Assembly: GCA_020850775.1 (NCBI GenBank)
Contig: JADZEA010000034.1
Coordinates: forward strand, 1 to 62,545
Origin: a bacterium
GTDB lineage: Bacteria; CLD3
DNA length: 62,545 nt
Direction of reading: 5' to 3'
The notes beneath the pieces were generated by a model. The model was not told the DNA's origin. It made no database searches and saw nothing but the letters and a program-made list of their open reading frames with translations. Shown piece by piece: positions 55,995-62,545 of this stretch (positions are counted from its first letter, which is position 1; each line of letters starts with the position of its first letter). The position numbers and the translations under genes were made by a program.

Positions 55995-57641
55995 ATGTTA
56001 AAATCAAGACAACTTTTCCAAAGCATTTCTTCTGTAAAAACTACGGAAGAACAAGAAGCAGAACCAAAAAAACTCAAAAAAAATATCTTGGTTGTTGATG
56101 ACGACCCTTACATTTTGCGTGCTTTGTCTCATCACCTGAACGATATGGGATACGACACTGTTCCGGCACCAAATGGAGACGCCGCAATCAAAAAACTTAA
56201 CGAGGCAAAAGTTGATTTAATCATTTCTGACGTTGTAATGCCAGGAATGAACGGACACCAGTTTTGTCAGTTAGTAAAGTCTAACGCTTCAACTTCGCAA
56301 ATTCCTTTCATTTTTATTTCTGCTAAAGACCAGCTTCCCGATAAACTTGTCGGTTTTCAAACTGGTGCAGATGATTACATTACAAAACCTTTCGAACTTA
56401 GCGAACTAAAAGTCAGAATAGAATCTTTGTTAAGGAGAATTGAAAAAAATGCTCCTGTGATAAATCAATCAAAAGTTATTTTACCTTCTGTAAATTACGA
56501 AACACCAGCCGATTTTTCTCAGATGGCTTCAAACGAAAGAATAACAAACATTTCGGCACAAACTTCAAGGGAACTTCCACCAATTCAGGACATCGACGCA
56601 CTTAAAGAGCTTGAAAAAACAATGCAAACACGTTCTCCGGAAAGAAAAAATGTTCAAAAAGTTGAAAGAGTCGTTTCTAATACTTACGAAACTTTTGAAC
56701 AGGTTAATTCTTCTGAAGCTGCTGCAATCGATTACGAAACATTGTTTTCCGTTGTAGAAAAAACAATTGAAGGAATAAAAAATGAACAAGGTTTTGAGAT
56801 TGATGACATTCTGGAGGCTTCAACTTTAGTCCTCAAAAGTATCCGAACAAACAACAATTTAATTCTGCAGGCACTTTCTAACTACGAATACGACCCGTTC
56901 AAATCACAGCTTGTTAATGTCTGTATTTTCTCAATGAAAATTGGCATTGGACTAAAAATGAGCGATGAAGATTTAATTAAATTAGGTGCCGGTGCTTTAA
57001 TTCACGATGTTGGGCATCTTTACCTTCCAGGTTATCTTTCACCCGAAGACTTAAATGAACGTGAAGACAAACTTTCTCAAGATGAATTGGATTTGATTAA
57101 AAGCCATCCCTTGAAAGGAATTGAAATCCTGTCAAAATTTATTCCTGACTTGAAAACTGATTACAAATGGCTCTACAACATTGTTTTGCAAGAACACGAG
57201 AGAGAAAATGGCTCTGGTTATCCTCACGGTCTGAAAGGCAGTGAAATTTCTCTTCAAGCTAAAGTAATCGGAATTGCCGATACTTTTGAGTCACTTGCTC
57301 ACAAAAGAACTTACAAAAAAGACGAATTTATCACTTACGTTGCAATGCAAAAAATTATCAAATTGAAAGACAGAATTTTTGACTCACAAATTATTAAATC
57401 TTTAATCAATGAAATTTCCCTTTTTCCGTTGGATTCTTATTTGAAAATTAATACCGGAGAAATTGGAAAGGTTATCCAAATCAATCACCAAAATCCTCTA
57501 AGACCCGTAATAAAAATTATTTACGACAAACAGTTTAATAAAATTATACAAGAAAGAGTGATTGACCTGAAAAGTTCACCTTTTATTTTTGTCGTTAAAC
57601 CGATTTATGATTTGTCTTACGAAATGAAAATTAACAAGTAG
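55995..57641 (+). CDS. Response regulator with an HD-GYP domain (predicted cyclic-dinucleotide phosphodiesterase)
   Basis: REC domain: ILVVDDDP...DLIISDVVMPGMNG...DDYITKPF. HD-GYP domain: HDVGHLYLP...HERENGSGYPHGL. Confidence 0.9.
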   Translation: MLKSRQLFQSISSVKTTEEQEAEPKKLKKNILVVDDDPYILRALSHHLNDMGYDTVPAPNGDAAIKKLNEAKVDLIISDVVMPGMNGHQFCQLVKSNASTSQIPFIFISAKDQLPDKLVGFQTGADDYITKPFELSELKVRIESLLRRIEKNAPVINQSKVILPSVNYETPADFSQMASNERITNISAQTSRELPPIQDIDALKELEKTMQTRSPERKNVQKVERVVSNTYETFEQVNSSEAAAIDYETLFSVVEKTIEGIKNEQGFEIDDILEASTLVLKSIRTNNNLILQALSNYEYDPFKSQLVNVCIFSMKIGIGLKMSDEDLIKLGAGALIHDVGHLYLPGYLSPEDLNEREDKLSQDELDLIKSHPLKGIEILSKFIPDLKTDYKWLYNIVLQEHERENGSGYPHGLKGSEISLQAKVIGIADTFESLAHKRTYKKDEFITYVAMQKIIKLKDRIFDSQIIKSLINEISLFPLDSYLKINTGEIGKVIQINHQNPLRPVIKIIYDKQFNKIIQERVIDLKSSPFIFVVKPIYDLSYEMKINK

Positions 57642-57647
57642 CTTTCA

Positions 57648-58562
57648 ATGTTTTTTCTCAAGCGTTTGGTTTCCACAATTCCTGTTCTTTGGGGAGTTGT
57701 AACTTTTGTTTTTCTGATTGTTCATTTAATCCCTGGCGACCCTGTTGAATTAATGCTTGGTGAAACAGCAAAACAAACCGATGTTGAAACTTTAAGAACA
57801 AATCTTGGACTTGATAAACCGCTCTTTGTTCAGTACACAAATTTCCTGAAAAATATTGTTACCGGAAACCTCGGCAATTCAATTTTAAAACTAAAACCTG
57901 TTGGAAAGCTAATTCTTGAGCATTTTCCTCCAACGATTGCTTTGACTTTTGCAAGTATGTTTTTTTCGCTGATTTTTTCCTTTCCTGCTGGAATTGTTTC
58001 CGCACTTAAAAAAGGCTCCGTTTGGGATTCTTTTTCCTTAGTTTTTACACTTGTCGGAGTTTCAATGCCAAACTTTTGGTTAGGTCCTTTGCTAATCATT
58101 TTTTTTGCAGTTTTTTTAAAAATTCTTCCTGTTGAAGGCTACGGAATTGACGCTCACCTCATTTTACCGGCTTTGACGATGGGACTTGGAATGTCTGCAA
58201 TCGTAACGAGAGTTTTACGTTCAAGTATGATTGAAACACTTGGCGAAGATTTTATCCGAACTGCAAAAGCTAAAGGCTTAACTCAAAGCTCCGTTGTCTT
58301 GAAACATTGCCTTAGAAACGCGGTTTTACCTGTTGTTACAGTTGTTGGTTTACAGTTTGGAGCTTTGCTTAGCGGAACTTTGATTACAGAAGTGATTTTT
58401 TCCTGGCCCGGAATCGGAAGGCTTTTGATTGGAGCAGTCCAAAACAGAGATTACCCTTTAATTCAAGGTTGTGTCCTGGCGATTGCAATTTCATACGTTT
58501 TTGTAAATTTATTGGTGGACTTGTTTTATTCAAAAATTGACCCGCGAATTTCTTTTGATTGA
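57648..58562 (+). CDS. ABC transporter permease, DppB/OppB family
   Basis: LKRLVSTIPVLWGVVTFVFLIVHLIPGDP N-terminus and the EDFIRTAKAKGL EAA-loop. Confidence 0.9.
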   Translation: MFFLKRLVSTIPVLWGVVTFVFLIVHLIPGDPVELMLGETAKQTDVETLRTNLGLDKPLFVQYTNFLKNIVTGNLGNSILKLKPVGKLILEHFPPTIALTFASMFFSLIFSFPAGIVSALKKGSVWDSFSLVFTLVGVSMPNFWLGPLLIIFFAVFLKILPVEGYGIDAHLILPALTMGLGMSAIVTRVLRSSMIETLGEDFIRTAKAKGLTQSSVVLKHCLRNAVLPVVTVVGLQFGALLSGTLITEVIFSWPGIGRLLIGAVQNRDYPLIQGCVLAIAISYVFVNLLVDLFYSKIDPRISFD

Positions 58563-58564
58563 TT

Positions 58565-59500
58565 TTACTTCCTTAATTCTTTCAGGTGTTCTTCAACCGC
58601 TTCTGCCAAAGCGTCAAGATTGTAACCTCCTTCAAGAACTGAAACAATCCTTCCTTTACAAACCTTTTCCGCACAATTTTTCAGCATTTTGGTTACTTTT
58701 CCAAAACCTGCCGTTGAAACCCGCAAGTTGCTTAAAGGGTCTGATTTGTGGGCATCAAAACCTGCTGAAAGCAAAAGAAACTCTGGTTTGAACTCTTCAA
58801 GTTTTGGAATTACGTAGTTCTGGAATTTTTCAAGAAAGTGAAAGTCGCTTGACTCAGGTTTTAGTGGTAAGTTTAGAGTAAAACCTTCGCCTTTTTGGTC
58901 TCCTGTCTCGTCTGCAGAACCTGTTCCCGGATAAAGTGGAACTTGGTGAGTGCTGACGTAAAGCACTGTTTCGTCTTCGTAAAAACTGTTTTGAGTTCCG
59001 TTTCCGTGGTGAACGTCAAAATCAACAATCGCAATTTTTTCAATTTTGTGTTTTTGCTGCAAATATTTTGCACCAATCGCAACATTGTTAAAAAGGCAAA
59101 ATCCCATAATTTTATCTTTTTCTGCGTGGTGTCCCGGAGGTCTGACTGCACAAAAAGCGTTTTTAATTTCTCCTGAAATCACTTTGTCAATTGCTTCCAA
59201 AACTCCGCCAACAGCAAGTTTTGCAATTCTAAAAGAATCTTTGCAAATTTCTGTGTCGGTGTCAACAAACCTGATTCCTTCTTCGCAGTAAGTTTTTACA
59301 CTTAAAATAAAATCTTTGTCGTGAATTGTCTCAATCCACTTTTCACTTGCTTCTTTTGGAGGAATTAGTGTTAATTTTTCCAAAAGACCACTTTTTTCCA
59401 ATTTGCTGACAATTGCTTTTAGCCTTTTTGGAGATTCCGGATGAGGCATTGTTGTGTTGTGCAATAAAAATTCATCAGAGTAAACAAAACCTGTTTGCAT
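58565..59500 (-). CDS. Histone deacetylase family protein (AcuC/acetylpolyamine amidohydrolase-like)
   Basis: RPPGHHAE, DFDVHHGNGTQ and EGGY motifs. Confidence 0.9.
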   Translation of the reverse strand: MQTGFVYSDEFLLHNTTMPHPESPKRLKAIVSKLEKSGLLEKLTLIPPKEASEKWIETIHDKDFILSVKTYCEEGIRFVDTDTEICKDSFRIAKLAVGGVLEAIDKVISGEIKNAFCAVRPPGHHAEKDKIMGFCLFNNVAIGAKYLQQKHKIEKIAIVDFDVHHGNGTQNSFYEDETVLYVSTHQVPLYPGTGSADETGDQKGEGFTLNLPLKPESSDFHFLEKFQNYVIPKLEEFKPEFLLLSAGFDAHKSDPLSNLRVSTAGFGKVTKMLKNCAEKVCKGRIVSVLEGGYNLDALAEAVEEHLKELRK

Positions 59501-59510
59501 TGTTTTGCCT

Positions 59511-60896
59511 TTAGTTGTTAAAATCTGTTTTTACTAAAAATAAACTTGTGTCAATTCCCCGCAGAACAAAAAAAGTTACTTCTTTGTCCTTACTTTGTGA
59601 AATTTTTTCAAGAGTTGTTGCAAAATCTTCAACTGTCAGGATTAAAGTAGAATTGATTTTTTGAATAACGTCTCCGTTGGAAATTCCTGCCAAAGCAATC
59701 CAGCTTGCAGGCTCAACGTCAGCAACGTAAACGCCACTAATTTGGTTTGCGATGTTAAAAGTTTTTCTGATGTCAAAAGTAAGTTCAACAACTGTAACCC
59801 CAAATTCTTCATTTTTGTACTCTTCTGCAAAAAATGAGCTTTTTGGTGCTTCGCCAAAAGTTACTCCAAAAACCTGGTCTTCACCGTCGCGAATGACTGT
59901 AAAAATTGCTTCGTCGTTTGGTTTAAATTCACGGACAAGGTTTCTGAAAACCTCTAACTGGTAGTCTTCACGAGCAAAAACCTGAGTAGAATTGATTGAG
60001 GTAATTACGTCACCTTCGCTAAGTCCTGCTTTGTCTGCAGGAGAATCCGGTAAAATTGTTGAAATTACGACACCTTCCCGACCTTTGATTTTCCAGTAAA
60101 TTGCCATTTCTTCTGTCAAAGGTTGTGTTTCAATTCCTAACCAGGCTTTAGATTTGTTCACTTTTTGAGAAAGGTTTTCCAATGCTTTTGCAAACCTTTT
60201 TGAAGTGCTGACAAAACTACAAAACTCAACAGCTCTTCCAAAACCTGTTTCTTCAGGCAAACCGACAACTCCAATTCCCAAACCTGTTTTTAAATCAATT
60301 ATCGGTGAACCGATGTTTCCTTCGTGAGATGGGATGGAAACGCTGACAAAATCTTTTGGTGTTTTCAAAATCCCGTTTACGTAGCCGTTGTAAAAGATTT
60401 TGGAATAATTTTGCTCTTTGTCCAAAGTTGTAATCATCAAAGTTTCATCACCAACGTTTATCGCTTCGCTTGAAAATTTCAGGTAAGTTTTTGGTCGTTT
60501 ACTAACTTCCTCAATTTGTAAAAAAGCAACTTGCAAGTCTTCGTCACGGTCAATTATTTTTGCTTTGGCAGTTTTTTCCTCGCTGAAAATAATTTTAAAA
60601 TCCTCAACTTTTGCACTTGGGTTGAAAGTTGTGTTTGGGAAAATGTGGTCGCTAATCATCACAATTCCGGTGTCAGAAACAACTATTCCAATCGTGTTAC
60701 TTTCAAACTTATCGCCTTTTCCACCAAAAATAGTTGTTAAATCCGCAATAAATTCAACTTGTACAACTGCATTTTTGTAAGTTTGAAAAATTTGGGCAAA
60801 ATCCTTAGAAGTTTTGATTGGGCTTGGAACTTGTGTTTTTTGAGCAGCAAAATTGTTCCCAACTAAAAAAACTAAGACTAAAATTATTTTAAACAT
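59511..60896 (-). CDS. HtrA-like trypsin-fold protein with two PDZ-like domains and a degenerate active site
   Basis: Signal peptide. The His (ISDHIF) and Asp (EDLQVAFLQI) contexts are retained, but GNIGSP stands in place of GNSGGP. Confidence 0.75.
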   Translation of the reverse strand: MFKIILVLVFLVGNNFAAQKTQVPSPIKTSKDFAQIFQTYKNAVVQVEFIADLTTIFGGKGDKFESNTIGIVVSDTGIVMISDHIFPNTTFNPSAKVEDFKIIFSEEKTAKAKIIDRDEDLQVAFLQIEEVSKRPKTYLKFSSEAINVGDETLMITTLDKEQNYSKIFYNGYVNGILKTPKDFVSVSIPSHEGNIGSPIIDLKTGLGIGVVGLPEETGFGRAVEFCSFVSTSKRFAKALENLSQKVNKSKAWLGIETQPLTEEMAIYWKIKGREGVVISTILPDSPADKAGLSEGDVITSINSTQVFAREDYQLEVFRNLVREFKPNDEAIFTVIRDGEDQVFGVTFGEAPKSSFFAEEYKNEEFGVTVVELTFDIRKTFNIANQISGVYVADVEPASWIALAGISNGDVIQKINSTLILTVEDFATTLEKISQSKDKEVTFFVLRGIDTSLFLVKTDFNN

Positions 60897-60910
60897 TTTT
60901 TCCTTAACTC

Positions 60911-62257
60911 TTAACGTTTTTTGGTTATCAGAACAAATTTCCGTGATTTGTTTTGTTCTGTTAGAAGCATTGTTCTCTCTGTTTTTGAACGTAAAATTTT
61001 ATCATAAATTTCTTTAAAACTTTCCAAATCAGAAACGTCTTGTCCGTCAACAGATAAAATTAAGCTCCCTTGTTCAAGGTGTGATTTTTGAGCAAGGCTT
61101 CCTGTTTTTAATCCTGTAACTAAAATTCCATAATCTTTTGAAACTTTTAGTTTTCGTGCAAGCCTTTGGCTTAGTTGTTTTGCTGAAAATCCCCATTCCG
61201 TAAACTCAAATTCTTTTTCGTCGTACTTTCCTTTTTTGGTTGTTGTAAGAATAAACTCAAATTGTTTTCCTTGCCTGAGAGCCTGAATTTTTACAGTTTT
61301 TCCAATTTCTGTGTCAGCCATTAATTTGTTAATTTCAGGTAATTCTTCTTTGAACCTTGCTGAAACTTCTACGCTGTCAAAACTTGTAATCACGTCTTGT
61401 GGTAAAATTCCAGCCAAAAATGCGGGTGAATCCTCTTCAACACTTGCAACAAGAACGCCTTTTGTGTTTTTTAGGTTCAGGACTTCCTCAAAGTCTTTCA
61501 GATTTTGCAGGTTTAATCCAATCCAGCTTCTTTTCACTTCGCCAAAATCAATGATTTGTTTTGCCACTTCGTAAACAATGTCAATTGGAATTGCAAAACC
61601 AAGATTTTCACCTTGCCGAATTCCTCTTGAATTAATTCCAATCACTTGTCCTTCAATGTTTACAAGTGGTCCGCCGCTGTTTCCGGGATTAATTGCGGCG
61701 TCAGTTTGAATCCATAAGTTGTAAGGAGAAATAAAATCGCCAAAATCTTCAAAGTAACGGTCAATTGAAGAAATTACACCAATTGAAAGTGAACGTGAAA
61801 AGCCTAACGGACTTCCAAAAGCTAAAACGGTTTGTCCAACCTGAAGGTTGGATGATTTGCCGAGTTCAGCCCAAACAATCGGAGATTTTAGTCCTTTTGG
61901 ATTGAGTTTGAGAACTGCAATGTCTGTGTAAGGGTCTGTTCCGATGACTTCAGCAGAAATTTCTTCTTTGTTTGAAAGCACACAATTTACTTTTGTGGCA
62001 TTTTCGGCTACGTGATTGTTTGTGATTACGTAACCTTCTTTTGAAAAAATTATTCCACTTCCCGTAACTGAACGCTTTTGTTTTTTACCTTCGCTGTAAA
62101 TTTCCTTAACAGGTTCAACGTGAACAAGTGCAGGCATAATTTTGTCTCTTGCGGTAAAGATTTGGCTTTGTTCAGACAAAGGTGGTTGTGTTTGTGCGTT
62201 GCTAAAAGAAGTCAGGAAAAAAGAAACTACAAACGTAGTTGTAAAGAGGCTTTTCAA
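60911..62257 (-). CDS. htrA: Do/DegP/HtrA family serine endoprotease with two PDZ domains
   Basis: VITNNHVA, TDIAVLKL and TDAAINPGNSGGPLVN, a canonical triad context. Confidence 0.92.
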   Translation of the reverse strand: MKSLFTTTFVVSFFLTSFSNAQTQPPLSEQSQIFTARDKIMPALVHVEPVKEIYSEGKKQKRSVTGSGIIFSKEGYVITNNHVAENATKVNCVLSNKEEISAEVIGTDPYTDIAVLKLNPKGLKSPIVWAELGKSSNLQVGQTVLAFGSPLGFSRSLSIGVISSIDRYFEDFGDFISPYNLWIQTDAAINPGNSGGPLVNIEGQVIGINSRGIRQGENLGFAIPIDIVYEVAKQIIDFGEVKRSWIGLNLQNLKDFEEVLNLKNTKGVLVASVEEDSPAFLAGILPQDVITSFDSVEVSARFKEELPEINKLMADTEIGKTVKIQALRQGKQFEFILTTTKKGKYDEKEFEFTEWGFSAKQLSQRLARKLKVSKDYGILVTGLKTGSLAQKSHLEQGSLILSVDGQDVSDLESFKEIYDKILRSKTERTMLLTEQNKSRKFVLITKKR

Positions 62258-62458
62258 TTTTGGTCCTTATTTTTTGCGAACCAAATTTACTAAAAAATCC
62301 GATAAAAAACAAATTTTTAAACTAAGAAAGTGGGATTTTGGGTTTTTCGCTTTTGAAATCAACTACCCGTGGAAAAAAATATTTTTTTCCCTTGACTTCT
62401 GCATTTTTTTTTCATTGAATAGCAAATTCAATTTTTTAAATTTTTTTTGAGGTTTGGT

Positions 62459-62545
62459 ATGACAAAACGAATTTTTTTAGCAGTATTTTTATTTGCTGCT
62501 ACAGAACTTTATTCTCAAAACTCACAGGAAAATGAGTTTGCACCG
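62459..62545 (+). CDS. 5' end of a secreted protein gene that continues beyond the window
   Basis: ATG at 62459 followed by MTKRIFLAVFLFAATELYSQ (signal peptide-like). The frame is open to the window end. Confidence 0.4.
   Translation, partial: MTKRIFLAVFLFAATELYSQNSQENEFAP

Noticed and set aside
1-62545. Search by eye for CRISPR arrays, tRNA or rRNA genes, transposases, integrases and reverse transcriptases
   Set aside because: I saw no regularly spaced repeats. No tRNA-like T-arm (GGTTCGAATCC-type) or rRNA sequence appears in the intergenic regions. No ORF carries DDE, tyrosine- or serine-recombinase, or RT motifs. This was a visual scan only, so small or degenerate elements could have been missed.

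Overview
This is a densely coding, visibly AT-rich chromosomal segment with about 57 supportable CDS. I recognised no rRNA, tRNA, CRISPR array, transposase or integrase. The gene content suggests an FCB-superphylum bacterium (Ignavibacteria/Bacteroidota-like), which is inference only. The supporting traits are two proteins with T9SS C-terminal sorting domains, PD40/TolB-like, PEGA and FG-GAP/ASPIC lipoproteins, and a nuo cluster without nuoEFG. GGAG-type Shine-Dalgarno sites are clearly used. Housekeeping genes recognised from motifs are mnmG, coaX, meaB-like, prfA, a DUF1385 gene, rpmE, rsmA, mgtE, a TIGR01212 radical SAM gene, an IDH-family dehydrogenase, nuoABCDHIJK, dprA, an ECF sigma factor and htrA.

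The most unusual observations are:
- (1) A perfect 44-bp direct repeat (5284..5327 and 6159..6202) duplicates the 3' end of the ABC-2 permease::M1 peptidase gene. It brackets an 831-bp, more AT-rich cassette encoding an NYN-domain nuclease. A 2 x 40-bp tandem repeat and a Fic AMPylase gene follow. Together these form a small accessory islet between core genes and are my best candidate for an uncharacterised toxin or defence-type module.
- (2) An ABC ATPase is paired with a 1186-aa permease fused to an M1-type gluzincin domain whose exopeptidase motif looks degenerate.
- (3) A YigZ/IMPACT gene has a conserved N-terminus that is only reachable from an ATT codon behind a strong AGGAG site.
- (4) A co-directional block runs from a Crp/Fnr regulator to an HD-GYP response regulator and contains four envelope or ATPase genes.
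- (5) A REC-DHp protein lacks a kinase ATPase domain.
- (6) An HtrA paralog has the nucleophile Ser replaced.
- (7) An orphan plus-strand intrinsic terminator lies between two minus-strand genes.

All functional calls come from motif recognition by eye. No database search, GC calculation or structure prediction was run.
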